Positions 36,722 through 46,639 are shown, counted from the first letter of the stretch. The stretch is DNA of 47,306 nt from an uncultured Alphaproteobacteria bacterium (GCA_944392815.1 CALXXY010000005.1:1-47306); one strand, 5' to 3'. Notes: generated from the letters alone by a model not told the origin. A program made the numbers and translations.

Positions 36722-38921
36722 AATCTCCTGTGCTGTCTTTTTGTTTTTCCCAATCACGGATTTCTTTAACCCAATTATTCAACAGACACTGTTCACGCAG
36801 ATTGGCTGAATTACACTTAGTCGCATCTTCGCCAATACAGAGCGGTGTATCCCCATCGGTGACCGTTGCACCATTTACGCCGTTCAAGATTTCGTTCAGT
36901 GTCACGACATTGCGGCAGGTGTTTTCCTCGTAATTCTGGCTGTTATTGCAGGACGCGTTATCCTGTTCATCAATAATAGCGCGGAATTGCGACGTAGACG
37001 GATTGCAAATCATTGTTTCATAGCAATGCGGAACATTTGCAACCTGGGCACAGTATGTTTTGATACGCGCCGATGTCCAATTCGGTTCGGCATCTGCCTG
37101 GGTTTCATAGCAATCGAATATCTCGCTTAAACATTCGTTGAAATTCGTGCCGGCGGCTGTTGCCTCGGCCAGAACGGTTTCCTGTTCTTCCTGATAGAAT
37201 TCCAGACGTTTTTGTTGCAATGCCTGTTGGGCGGCAACCTTTTGATATCCGATATTCTGGGCGGTTGTGCTTAACTGTTCACCGTATGCGTCACAGTCAG
37301 CGTTCGCGTCCAGCGCATATTGCTGCATAATGCTGCGGCGGGCGTCGGCCACCGGGCCACGCAGGTCGGCATACGGGTCGCCAGATGCAGACGTATAGCC
37401 AAAGCATGTTGCGGAATTGGACGCTGTATAACCGGTGTTGGGTTCAATGAAGTCCAATTCATATGTACCTGTGTTGGATACGGATATATAACTGTTGTAA
37501 TTGTACGGGCACTGGGAACGGCCGTTGCCGCATTTTGTACCACCAGATGGCGGGGTGCCACAGGCCTCGTATATGCCGTTAAAGCAGGAATCCAACACGC
37601 GGTTGCACACATTGTTGTGCGCATATTCAAACAATTCGTACCCCCATGTTTCGGCCAGGGAATCCTTTAAATTTTCTGAATTTGCCAACGAACCATCTAT
37701 GCCGGCCAAACTGCCCACAACGTTGGTCAATTCGTCAAATGCAGATGTCAAACTGTCTGTATCGTCGGTCAGAATGGTCAATGTGTTTTCCTTGGCTTTG
37801 GCCCAGGATTGCAGGGACGCCAAAATATCACTGCTGCTGCCGTCGATATTTGCAATATCAAACCCGAAATTATTACCAGTTTCTGTACAATATAACGGTT
37901 GTGAGCACGATGACAACGCGGAACCATTTGTGCCGTAAATACCATGGTTGTTGCACCATTCGATGGCCTCGTCCGAAGATTGGCCGTATTGATCGGTGAC
38001 CTCTTTCCATGATACACAGTTCATAACCTTTTCAGCGTCGGTTAATTGAAACGCCTGGCTGACATCTTGGCCCTTGGTGGCAATCAACAACGCCAATTCA
38101 CCGGAAACTTTGATTAATTCCTCGTTCGCTTGTTCCAGGGCGGCTTCGGCCTCGGCAAATGCTTTGACACGACCGGCACATGCGCAACGGCGCTGGGCCG
38201 CATTACGTGCCGTGCAGATTTCGTCCATACAGGCATAATATGATTCTTTGCAGTTATTATATGCCTCGGCAGAAATCAGACCGGTTGATGAATCAATTAT
38301 GTTTGAATAATTGCCCGTATACAATGCACTGGACAGATATGTGTATGTATTTGTGGCGGCTTTGTTCCCGCGGATTGCACTGCCCGTCAGGGACACACGC
38401 GACGGCGTTGTGGTTGTACGTGCAATTACTGCGCGCGATGGCGATGCGGTTGTGCGCGACACAACATTACGTGACGTATTGCCACGTGACGTTGTCGCCC
38501 GTGACGAAGCCGTTGTTGCGGCCGTGCCACGCGACGCGGTTGCAGTCGGACGGGCGGCCGCGGTTGTACGCGATGCGGTCGCCGTTGTTGTGCGTGACGC
38601 GGTTGGGGTCACCGCCCCGCGTGATACAGTCGCGCGTGATGTGACGGCGCGTGAATTTGTTGTGGTGCCGGTTGTTGTGCCACGCGATACGATATTCGCA
38701 GATGTACTGCGCGATGATGCAGGACGTGCAGACGCGCGGACGTTCGCGCCATTGCGGGGCGATTGCACGTTTGCCGCGGGCGACACAGTCACCGGCGCGA
38801 TTGGATCCGCAAACACGGCGCGCATTGACACCAATGTAGAGCAAACAAAGAATGCGCCCGCCAGTAAAAATACTGTGCCCATCGCATTTTTGATATGTTC
38901 TGCGAAATTACGGTTTTTCAT
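36720..38921 (-). CDS. Large exported Cys-rich helical protein with T/S/A/R-rich stalk (paralog of 32705-35050)
   Basis: GGGGGAG RBS; signal-like N-terminus; CKESYYACMDEIC...RCACA. Confidence 0.88.
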   Translation of the reverse strand: MKNRNFAEHIKNAMGTVFLLAGAFFVCSTLVSMRAVFADPIAPVTVSPAANVQSPRNGANVRASARPASSRSTSANIVSRGTTTGTTTNSRAVTSRATVSRGAVTPTASRTTTATASRTTAAARPTATASRGTAATTASSRATTSRGNTSRNVVSRTTASPSRAVIARTTTTPSRVSLTGSAIRGNKAATNTYTYLSSALYTGNYSNIIDSSTGLISAEAYNNCKESYYACMDEICTARNAAQRRCACAGRVKAFAEAEAALEQANEELIKVSGELALLIATKGQDVSQAFQLTDAEKVMNCVSWKEVTDQYGQSSDEAIEWCNNHGIYGTNGSALSSCSQPLYCTETGNNFGFDIANIDGSSSDILASLQSWAKAKENTLTILTDDTDSLTSAFDELTNVVGSLAGIDGSLANSENLKDSLAETWGYELFEYAHNNVCNRVLDSCFNGIYEACGTPPSGGTKCGNGRSQCPYNYNSYISVSNTGTYELDFIEPNTGYTASNSATCFGYTSASGDPYADLRGPVADARRSIMQQYALDANADCDAYGEQLSTTAQNIGYQKVAAQQALQQKRLEFYQEEQETVLAEATAAGTNFNECLSEIFDCYETQADAEPNWTSARIKTYCAQVANVPHCYETMICNPSTSQFRAIIDEQDNASCNNSQNYEENTCRNVVTLNEILNGVNGATVTDGDTPLCIGEDATKCNSANLREQCLLNNWVKEIRDWEKQKDSTGD

Positions 38922-39112
38922 TGAAAACTCCCCCTGTAATCCGGAAACGCCCGGAAAACCCGACGTTCAGCGATTTGATTGCAAGCAAATCAATCACCTG
39001 TTTTTATAATTATAGCATTTTTGGCGCGGTCTGTAAATAAGAAAACCAGGCACGCACGCGGGAATTTTTATCATTTGTCCGATGGGGTATTTTGGTGTAT
39101 AATTCGTTCATC

Positions 39113-39673
39113 ATGAAAAAATTCGTTGCTGTAATTTTATCTGTTTTGACTTTGCCCGCGATGGCCGACGATGATGTAAATCCGTTATTCGGCGCGGGCA
39201 ATGAAAACAATATCGCAATTTACGCCGCCCAGGGAACAGGACCAGGAACAATGTTTAAACTGGTTGACCCGTTTTTGTGGGAATTTGAATCAATGACCGG
39301 CGTCATGATTCAATACAGCCAGCCACTGAATATTTTCCGGTTGCCGTCACGTATGAATTTAAATTTTGTACAAAATTTCGCCTATGGCGACGATCACGGA
39401 TTGTCATTTATGGCCATTGGGGTCAGTTGGGACGTGGCATTAATCAATTGGCGCGGGTTTTATCTGGGCGTTGGCATTGGTCCATATATGCGCGATTCCA
39501 ACGACAGATATGTTGAAAGCAAATTGGTGTTTGGCGAACGCGTGTTCATTGGGAAAAATATTGGCAATGATTGGCGCATTGAATTATTTACCCAACATTT
39601 TTCAAATGGCGATTTTACAGAAATCAATCGTGGATTTAATTTTACAGGACTGGGGGTCAGTTATAGTTTTTAA
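39113..39673 (+). CDS. PagL-like lipid A 3-O-deacylase / acyloxyacyl hydrolase outer-membrane beta-barrel
   Basis: Signal peptide; amphipathic strands; QHFSNG...NRGFN catalytic motif; C-terminal YSF. Confidence 0.8.
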   Translation: MKKFVAVILSVLTLPAMADDDVNPLFGAGNENNIAIYAAQGTGPGTMFKLVDPFLWEFESMTGVMIQYSQPLNIFRLPSRMNLNFVQNFAYGDDHGLSFMAIGVSWDVALINWRGFYLGVGIGPYMRDSNDRYVESKLVFGERVFIGKNIGNDWRIELFTQHFSNGDFTEINRGFNFTGLGVSYSF

Positions 39674-39690
39674 TTCGCAAAACATACAAT

Positions 39691-39719
39691 AAAAAAACGG
39701 GGCGTTTGCCCCGTTTTTT
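39691..39719. terminator. Bidirectional terminator
   Basis: AAAAAAACGGGGC-GTTT-GCCCCGTTTTTT. Confidence 0.85.
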
Positions 39720-42378
39720 ATTTTTTGCGTGGGAATTTGACCGCCGCCTGGGCCGCCGCAAGGCGTGCAATTGGCACGCGGAACGGACTGCAGGAAACAG
39801 AATCAAATCCGACACGGTGGAAATATTCAACAGATGCTGGATCGCCACCATGTTCGCCACAAACACCCAGGTGAATTTCTGCACCCTTGGTTTTGCGGGC
39901 TTTGGCGACAGCGTCTTCGATCAAGATGCCAACACCCTGTTGATCAACCGACGCGAATGGATCCGCGACATAGATTCCACGGGCGCGATATTCGTCCAGG
40001 ATTTTGCCTGTGTCATCGCGCGACATGCCCAATGTTGTTTGGGTCAAATCGTTTGTGCCGAATTCAAAGAATTCGCAACTTTCCGCGATTTGATCAGCCA
40101 ATACAGCGGCACGCGGCAATTCAATCATGGAACCAACCTTGTAATCAACACTGTCACCCGTTTCAGCAAACAATGCGTCGGCAGTTGCGTCAATTACAGA
40201 TTTGACGATATCCACTTCTTTTTTGGAACCAACCAATGGAACCTCGATTTCAGGGAATACGTGTATGCCGGCGTTTTTGCATTCCAGTGCAGCGGACAAA
40301 ATCGCGCGCGTCTGCATTTCGCAGATTTCTGGATATGTAATCGCCAAACGGCAACCACGATGACCCAACATCGGATTCGTTTCACGCAGGGCTTCGGAAC
40401 GTGCCTTGACAAATTCAACTGATTTGCCGATATGGTTGGCCAATTCCTGAATTTCTTCCTCGGTATGAGGCAGGAATTCGTGCAACGGTGGGTCAATCAA
40501 ACGAATTGTGACCGGCAGACCGTCCATGATTTTGAACAATTCAACAAAGTCGGCCTTTTGATACGGCAACAATTTCGCCAGCGCAGCACGACGACCATCT
40601 TCGTCATCAGCCAAAATCATTTCGCGCATGTCCTGGATACGTGACGAGTCAAAGAACATGTGTTCCGTACGTGCCAGACCGATACCTTCGGCACCGAAAT
40701 CACGTGCCTGTTTGGCATCTTTTGGTGTTTCGGCGTTGGCTTTGACCTTTAACGATTTGATTTCGTCAACCCATTTCATTAATGTGCCGAAATTACCGGT
40801 TAATTCAACAGACACTGTTGGAACACGACCGGCGATAATCTGGCCACGGGCACCATCAATGGACACCCAGTCGCCTTCGTTAATTACGACGCCAGACGTT
40901 GTTTTCATCGTTTTGGTTTCGTAATCAATTTTGATATCAGGCGAACCAGACACGCATGGCGTACCCATACCACGGGCAACCACTGCCGCGTGTGATGTCA
41001 TACCACCACGGGCGGTGATAACACCCTGGGCCGCGTTCATGCCGGCGATATCTTCGGGTGATGTTTCGACACGGATTAACATGACCTGTTTGCCTTCCTT
41101 GGCCCATTTTTCGGCATCGTCCGCGTTAAAGACGACCTGGCCAACGGCGGCACCTGGGGACGCAGGCAATCCAGTCGCGATGACGTTCTTTTCCGCTTTG
41201 GGGTCCAGCATCGGGTGCAACAGGTGATCCAATTGATCCGCACCAACGCGCAGGATTGCTTCTTCTTTGGTCAACAGCCCTTCGTCCACCATTTCAACGG
41301 CCATGCGAACAGCGGCGGCGGCGGTACGTTTACCATTACGGCACTGCAACATCCACAATTTGCCATGTTCGATGGTGAATTCCATATCCTGCATGTCTTT
41401 GTAATGTTTTTCCAATTTTTCACGAACATCGCACAGTTCTTTATAGACATCGGGCATGGCCTCTTCCAAAGACAGGCGGCCTGAATCGTCCTTGGTCATT
41501 GGCTGGGGCGTGCGAATACCGGCAACGACGTCCTCGCCCTGGGCATTAATCAGATATTCGCCATAGTATTTGTTTTCGCCAGTGGCAGGATCGCGGCTGA
41601 AGCACACGCCAGTTGCGGAATCATCGCCGGAATTACCAAACACCATTGCCTGGACATTGACGGCTGTGCCCCAATCGCCCGGGATATTGTTCAGTTTGCG
41701 GTATGTGATGGCTTTCTTGCTCATCCAGCTGCCGAATACGGCACCAATACCCAATTTCAGTTGTTCCCATGGATCCTGGGGGAATACTTTGCCGATGTTG
41801 TTGCCGATTTCTTTGAATTTTTCGACCAATTCTTTTAAATCATCGGCGGTTAATTCTGTATCGACTTTATAACCTTTGTCTTCCTTCATACGTTCCAGGG
41901 TATGTTCAAACAAATCGATGTCTGCGCCCAGCACAACGTCCGAAAACATCATGATAAAACGACGATATGAATCATATGCGAAACGTTCGTCGCCAGAATG
42001 ACGTGCCAACGCTTTGACCGTTTCGTCGTTCAGACCCAAATTCAAAACTGTATCCATCATGCCCGGCATGGAAACGCGCGCACCAGAACGCACAGATACC
42101 AACAACGGATTTTCCATGTCTGCAAATTTTTTGCCCATAATGCTTTCAATATGCGCAATACCATCATGCACCTGGTCCATCAAATCAGACGGATATGTGT
42201 GATCGTGTTCATAATAGTATGTGCAGACCTCGGTCGTGACGGTAAAGCCCGCCGGCACAGGCAATCCGACCAAATTCATTTCGGCCAAATTGGCACCTTT
42301 GCCGCCCAACAGGTTGCGCATGTCTGCGCGGCCTTCGGCTGCACCATTACCGAATTTGTATACCCATTTATTACTCAT
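39718..42378 (-). CDS. ppdK: Pyruvate, phosphate dikinase
   Basis: LLGGKGANLAEM, SVRSGARVSMPGMMDT, GGMTSHAAVVAR (phospho-His), GVCGEHGGDP. Confidence 0.98.
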   Translation of the reverse strand: MSNKWVYKFGNGAAEGRADMRNLLGGKGANLAEMNLVGLPVPAGFTVTTEVCTYYYEHDHTYPSDLMDQVHDGIAHIESIMGKKFADMENPLLVSVRSGARVSMPGMMDTVLNLGLNDETVKALARHSGDERFAYDSYRRFIMMFSDVVLGADIDLFEHTLERMKEDKGYKVDTELTADDLKELVEKFKEIGNNIGKVFPQDPWEQLKLGIGAVFGSWMSKKAITYRKLNNIPGDWGTAVNVQAMVFGNSGDDSATGVCFSRDPATGENKYYGEYLINAQGEDVVAGIRTPQPMTKDDSGRLSLEEAMPDVYKELCDVREKLEKHYKDMQDMEFTIEHGKLWMLQCRNGKRTAAAAVRMAVEMVDEGLLTKEEAILRVGADQLDHLLHPMLDPKAEKNVIATGLPASPGAAVGQVVFNADDAEKWAKEGKQVMLIRVETSPEDIAGMNAAQGVITARGGMTSHAAVVARGMGTPCVSGSPDIKIDYETKTMKTTSGVVINEGDWVSIDGARGQIIAGRVPTVSVELTGNFGTLMKWVDEIKSLKVKANAETPKDAKQARDFGAEGIGLARTEHMFFDSSRIQDMREMILADDEDGRRAALAKLLPYQKADFVELFKIMDGLPVTIRLIDPPLHEFLPHTEEEIQELANHIGKSVEFVKARSEALRETNPMLGHRGCRLAITYPEICEMQTRAILSAALECKNAGIHVFPEIEVPLVGSKKEVDIVKSVIDATADALFAETGDSVDYKVGSMIELPRAAVLADQIAESCEFFEFGTNDLTQTTLGMSRDDTGKILDEYRARGIYVADPFASVDQQGVGILIEDAVAKARKTKGAEIHLGVCGEHGGDPASVEYFHRVGFDSVSCSPFRVPIARLAAAQAAVKFPRKK

Positions 42379-42509
42379 ATGGTTTTCTCCTTGGTTTTTT
42401 AAACGCCCTGCATTGTGTGAGATATGTCACAGAAATGCAAGGAAAAAAGCGCAATTTTTATAAAACTTTTACCTTTACAACGCGGTTTTTAGGGTCTATT
42501 TTTGTGGAT

Positions 42510-43079
42510 ATGACAAATTTGCACGATGCGGTATTTGTGGCCGAATTAAATAATCATTTAAAATCTGGTGGCGTGATTGCGTTCCCAACAGACACTGTTT
42601 GGGGACTGGGGGCGTTGCCGACACGCGCAGGGGCAGATGCACTGTTTGAAATCAAACGGCGTCCCGCAAACAAACATCTGATTATCATGTCTGATAATCT
42701 GGCGCATATTCGCCCGTATATGGAAAATTATCCAGCGCGCGCGTTTGATTTGGCAAATAAATACTGGCCGGGGGCATTGACAATTGGCGTGCCTGTGGCG
42801 GGTACTGATTCCATGGTGTTTGGTGGCGTGCGCGTGCCGAATTACAGGCCGTTTATGGAATTATGTGGTGTGATTGACGGACATTGTTTGGCGACGACGT
42901 CCGCAAATATATCTGGGCAACCGACATTGCAATCGGCGGACGAAATACGCAAAACATTTCCAGATATTATTGTAATTGATAACGCATTCGACCCGATGGG
43001 TGGCGCCCCCAGTACTGTTGTCGTACTGGACGGGGACAGCACAAATATTGTGCGCACCGGCGCAGTAGTGATTGAATAA
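42510..43079 (+). CDS. tsaC: L-threonylcarbamoyladenylate synthase (TsaC/YrdC/Sua5)
   Basis: GGVIAFPTDTVWGLG, IKRRP, YWPGALT, TTSANISG, PSTVV. Confidence 0.93.
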   Translation: MTNLHDAVFVAELNNHLKSGGVIAFPTDTVWGLGALPTRAGADALFEIKRRPANKHLIIMSDNLAHIRPYMENYPARAFDLANKYWPGALTIGVPVAGTDSMVFGGVRVPNYRPFMELCGVIDGHCLATTSANISGQPTLQSADEIRKTFPDIIVIDNAFDPMGGAPSTVVVLDGDSTNIVRTGAVVIE

Positions 43080-43106
43080 AAAATCCCGCCAATTGCGGGA
43101 CTTTTT
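43078..43106. terminator. Bidirectional terminator
   Basis: AAAAAATCCCGC-CAATT-GCGGGACTTTTT. Confidence 0.7.
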
Positions 43107-43413
43107 ATTGTTTCGCAGCGATGGGAACCACCGCCAACCGAACACCAAACGCATTCAATATATTACTGACAACCTGCATGCTGGGGTTGCCATTATCAGA
43201 CAGCGCATTATACAGTCCCTGGCGTGAAACGCCGGCCTGTTTTGCAACGTCTGTCATTCCACGCGCGCGTGCAATTTTATCAATCGCGCGTTTGATTAAT
43301 TCTGAATCATTTTGTTCAAATACTGCGTCCAGATATTCTGAAATATCGCGTTGAGTTTTTAAATATAAACTGCTGTCCCAATCACTGATAGTTATCTTTT
43401 TTTTATCAGTCAT
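43105..43413 (-). CDS. Addiction-module antitoxin, HI1420-type HTH
   Basis: WDSSLYL...YLDAVFE...IARARGMTDVAKQAGVSRQGLYNALSDNGNPS. Confidence 0.92.
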   Translation of the reverse strand: MTDKKKITISDWDSSLYLKTQRDISEYLDAVFEQNDSELIKRAIDKIARARGMTDVAKQAGVSRQGLYNALSDNGNPSMQVVSNILNAFGVRLAVVPIAAKQ

Positions 43414-43431
43414 GGCATATCCTTTTGTTAA

Positions 43432-43737
43432 TTATTCAAATAATTCCCGCATTATTTCACGAGCATATTTTATATCTGCGCTTTGCGATGATTTGTCCCC
43501 ACCGCATAATAACAACACTATAATATTTTCGCGCATGGTATAATATATGCGATAACCGGGGCCAAAGTAAAACCGCATTTCCATGACGCCACCACCAACA
43601 GATTTTACATCGCCCAAATTACCCAATTCAACCCGGTCCAAACGTGCCATTATCCTTTTTTGGTCCCTGGAATCTTTTAATGATTCAAACCATTCAGAAA
43701 AAATGTTTGTCTGTTGTATTTTGTACACGTCCGCCAC
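43432..43737 (-). CDS. RelE/HigB-superfamily toxin, HI1419-type
   Basis: FSEWFESLKD...ARLDRVELGNLGDVKSVGGGVMEMRFYFGPGYRIYY...LLLCGGDKSSQSADI. Confidence 0.93.
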   Translation of the reverse strand: MADVYKIQQTNIFSEWFESLKDSRDQKRIMARLDRVELGNLGDVKSVGGGVMEMRFYFGPGYRIYYTMRENIIVLLLCGGDKSSQSADIKYAREIMRELFE

Positions 43738-43753
43738 CCCGTGGATTATGTGC

Positions 43754-43787
43754 AGTCATTGTAAACTATAATTGACATATTGTCAAG
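43754..43787 (-). promoter_or_regulatory. TA promoter with overlapping palindromic operator
   Basis: Minus strand TTGACA-17-TACAAT; inverted repeats TTGACA-TAT-TGTCAA and TGTAAAC-TATA-ATTGACA. Confidence 0.7.
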
Positions 43788-43895
43788 TAAAAAAGACAAC
43801 AAAAAAACTAAATTAGTTTGCTGGGGGGGCGCGGCAAAATCATTGTGAATACTTGCCTGGATAAATAAACGACGAATAATGATAAAATATCCCGC

Positions 43896-44387
43896 ATGAT
43901 GCGCAAAAATAATTTTAATTCGGCCGGCGCAATTGTCCTGGGCATGCATGACGCGTTGGTATCACTGACGGGATTAATCGCGGGGCTGGCGGTCGCCATG
44001 GCCGACAGATATGCAATTATTCTGACGGCGATTATCGCATCTATTACCGCCAGTTTATCTATGGCCGCGTCCAATTATCTGGCTGTGCGTGCAAACGGCA
44101 ATGCGCGCGCAATTGTCGCGGCACTGTATACAGGCGGCGCATATATGGTGACGTGTGCGGCGTTGATATTGCCTTTCTTTGTTTTTACAAATCGCACGAT
44201 TGAAATGGCTGTGATGTTTGCAATTGCTGTGGCGGAAATATTTCTGTTTAACTGGTGGTTGGGACGATCGCGTCACCGACCATATATGCGAAATTTTTTC
44301 GAAATGTTGGCGGTGTGTGCAGGCGTGTCCATTGTTGCGTTTTTAATCGGCTGGTGCGCACATATATGTTTGGGCATAGACGCATAA
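43896..44387 (+). CDS. VIT1/CCC1-family membrane protein (TM domain only)
   Basis: IVLGMHDALVSLTGLIAGL...ASLSMAASNYL...ALYTGGAY...LILPF. Confidence 0.85.
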   Translation: MMRKNNFNSAGAIVLGMHDALVSLTGLIAGLAVAMADRYAIILTAIIASITASLSMAASNYLAVRANGNARAIVAALYTGGAYMVTCAALILPFFVFTNRTIEMAVMFAIAVAEIFLFNWWLGRSRHRPYMRNFFEMLAVCAGVSIVAFLIGWCAHICLGIDA

Positions 44388-44414
44388 AAAAACGCCGCAG
44401 GTGCGGCGATTTTT
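44386..44414. terminator. Bidirectional terminator
   Basis: AAAAAAACGCCGCA-GG-TGCGGCGATTTTT. Confidence 0.75.
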
Positions 44415-44928
44415 ATTTCTGATTTTGCAACAGTACTTTTTGTATACAATCGATAACTTTTTTATCATTGTATATTTGATACACGGTATCGACGGCGATG
44501 CCTTCGGCGGCCTCTTTTAAATTCCGATACAAACGGTTGCAAATCCAGCCGGTTTCACCATTTGCAAATTTTACATTGTACCACGCCACACGATTAGATT
44601 CGTGATTTGGCACGCTGCGGGGCGTGGTGCGACGCTGGGCCGGGGAATTATATGGTATCGCGCTGTTCGCGGCCGTTTGCACAACGATTTCACGCAATTC
44701 CAATGGCGTGCCGTTTAATGTTTGATTGCGCCAAAAATCCTGGGCATGAGTAAAATACACATGTGTCATTTCTATGCGCGATTGTGGCCGCCCGCGATAA
44801 AAGCGATTGCCGCGCGCGTCCGACGTTTTCACACCGTCTGAATTAATTACGATATATTCTTCGGCGGCGGTGGCGGGCAATATGCGGTATGTCACCTGGG
44901 CCGAGCCGTTTGTTTTAATTGGTTGCAT
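44413..44928 (-). CDS. Hypothetical protein
   Basis: 171-aa ORF; GGGGT RBS; own promoter TTGACT-16-TACAAT (44997-44970). Confidence 0.75.
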   Translation of the reverse strand: MQPIKTNGSAQVTYRILPATAAEEYIVINSDGVKTSDARGNRFYRGRPQSRIEMTHVYFTHAQDFWRNQTLNGTPLELREIVVQTAANSAIPYNSPAQRRTTPRSVPNHESNRVAWYNVKFANGETGWICNRLYRNLKEAAEGIAVDTVYQIYNDKKVIDCIQKVLLQNQK

Positions 44929-45002
44929 GTATTATACCCCCGATATGCTGATAAATTAATTTCGCCGACATTGTATGATATAATTTATACAAGTCAATAT
45001 AT

Positions 45003-45626
45003 TTAGCGCGTTTTGTCTGTATTTTTACCTGACTCGCGTTTCATGTTTGGGTAAATCCGTTCTGAATATATGGTGAAAAACACAGACGCTGCGCGTGCAT
45101 ATAAATATCGATTTGAACGCACAGGGTGAATTTCCACAAATCTGTCGTCTATTATCATCAGGAAATGCCGTTCTGCGGCCGATTCCCGCGGCAAATGCGA
45201 CAATGTTATATTCCCCAGTTTGATATTATACATATAACCAACCCGGGTGATTTTGACAGTGTCCATATTTTTGGCGATTTTATCCAGCGCAAACCATGCG
45301 GATATATCCAGGTCACTCATTTCGTCCAGTTTGTAATTCTGGGTAATTTTATCGGACAAACGTTGAATAAAACTGCGCATACGTATACGGTTATAACGAA
45401 TGCGATATGCGCGCCGCAGCACAGATAATGCCCGCGCATGACGTTGGGCGTCCGCCGATAAATCAACAGGCATACCGCGATACGTCATGGAAACTGTGCG
45501 ATACGATGTGCCGTGCGACATGGTCACGTCGCCAAAAAATACATTGTCGCCCTTTATCACAGCATGACGCACATTGCTGCGCGCAGTATTTAACATGTAA
45601 TCAATTTGTCGATTTGTAAATTTCAT
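45003..45626 (-). CDS. Hypothetical basic protein
   Basis: AGGA RBS before ATG 45626; own promoter TTGACA-16-TATACT (45677-45650). Confidence 0.75.
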   Translation of the reverse strand: MKFTNRQIDYMLNTARSNVRHAVIKGDNVFFGDVTMSHGTSYRTVSMTYRGMPVDLSADAQRHARALSVLRRAYRIRYNRIRMRSFIQRLSDKITQNYKLDEMSDLDISAWFALDKIAKNMDTVKITRVGYMYNIKLGNITLSHLPRESAAERHFLMIIDDRFVEIHPVRSNRYLYARAASVFFTIYSERIYPNMKRESGKNTDKTR

Positions 45627-45692
45627 AATAAATTCCTGTGTCGACAAACAGTATATACTAAATCTGATTTTTGTCAATAATAAACATACAGA

Positions 45693-46274
45693 TTATTTAT
45701 CTGTGAACGACCGGCACAAATCCCAAATTTCTGGGAATTCGCGCATATTTCCGGAAAAATGACTGCGGTCAGTAAACCTGTGCACGCGCATTGCGGGGTA
45801 TATTTCCTGTAATTTTTTGCAACCGGACAAAATCATATCGCCAAAATGATCGTCGTCGGAATAAAACAAATCCATTGTGCCGACGCGGTTGATTAAATCG
45901 GGGTCCGGTTCAAAATTATTGAAATACTGCGGGAACACGTGCGCAGCATCTATCCACGGGGCAACCAATATTAAATGCCCGATTTTTATGTGCGGATTTT
46001 CAGACAGGTATTTAACCAGCAATCCCCCACCACACGAATGCCCAATCAAAATAGTTTCGTCATCAATGTGCTGGCGCGATAAAATATCAACGTCCAACGC
46101 ATAACTGCGCGCAGGCAACCATGAATTGGTAAAAGACGGAACCTGGGTCGGGACGCCCGATAAAATCAATTTCTGTTGCAGCCACGGGAACCAATACGAT
46201 GCACAGAATGGGATTTCCATTTTATCAAAATCTTCTTTGAATTTAACACCGTGACATATTACCGCGTTGGCCAT
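45693..46274 (-). CDS. RBBP9/YdeN-family alpha/beta hydrolase
   Basis: AVICHG, YWFPWLQQKL, LIGHSCGG nucleophile elbow, LVAPW, SDDD, C-terminal HF. Confidence 0.9.
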   Translation of the reverse strand: MANAVICHGVKFKEDFDKMEIPFCASYWFPWLQQKLILSGVPTQVPSFTNSWLPARSYALDVDILSRQHIDDETILIGHSCGGGLLVKYLSENPHIKIGHLILVAPWIDAAHVFPQYFNNFEPDPDLINRVGTMDLFYSDDDHFGDMILSGCKKLQEIYPAMRVHRFTDRSHFSGNMREFPEIWDLCRSFTDK

Positions 46275-46285
46275 AAATAATCCTT

Positions 46286-46639
46286 TTATTTCACCCTGTT
46301 CAGACAAGACGCACGGAACAATTGCCAAAATGCCGCGCCACCAAATTCCTGGGGGCAATTTTTCGGGCTGCATGCACAGCGACGCGATGGATTTGCCGCG
46401 CACATATTGGCAAGCGTGCGATTGCGTAATTGTTTCAGGCACGCACGGTATTCTGTGGCGGCCTGGTCGATGTCATAAACCGTTTTTGACCAATACTGCC
46501 CGTCATTTTCCTGCATTGAAATGACAAAGGCGTCCATTTTTTTAAATGATTTTTCTTGGTTGGAATAAACAGTATCTGTGGCGGTCAAACGCACCCAGCC
46601 CCGTTCATTGGAATATTTTGCCAAAATTTGTGACGTCAT
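46286..46639 (-). CDS. Hypothetical Cys-containing protein (tandem paralog a)
   Basis: AGGGGG RBS; TVYDIDQAATEYRAC...CAANP...NCP...GGAAFWQLFRASCL. Confidence 0.85.
   Translation of the reverse strand: MTSQILAKYSNERGWVRLTATDTVYSNQEKSFKKMDAFVISMQENDGQYWSKTVYDIDQAATEYRACLKQLRNRTLANMCAANPSRRCACSPKNCPQEFGGAAFWQLFRASCLNRVK

Noticed and set aside
46275-46442. N-terminal extension of the alpha/beta hydrolase in the ORF track
   Set aside because: Overlaps the upstream paralog gene; AAAGGA RBS and the family start support ATG 46274
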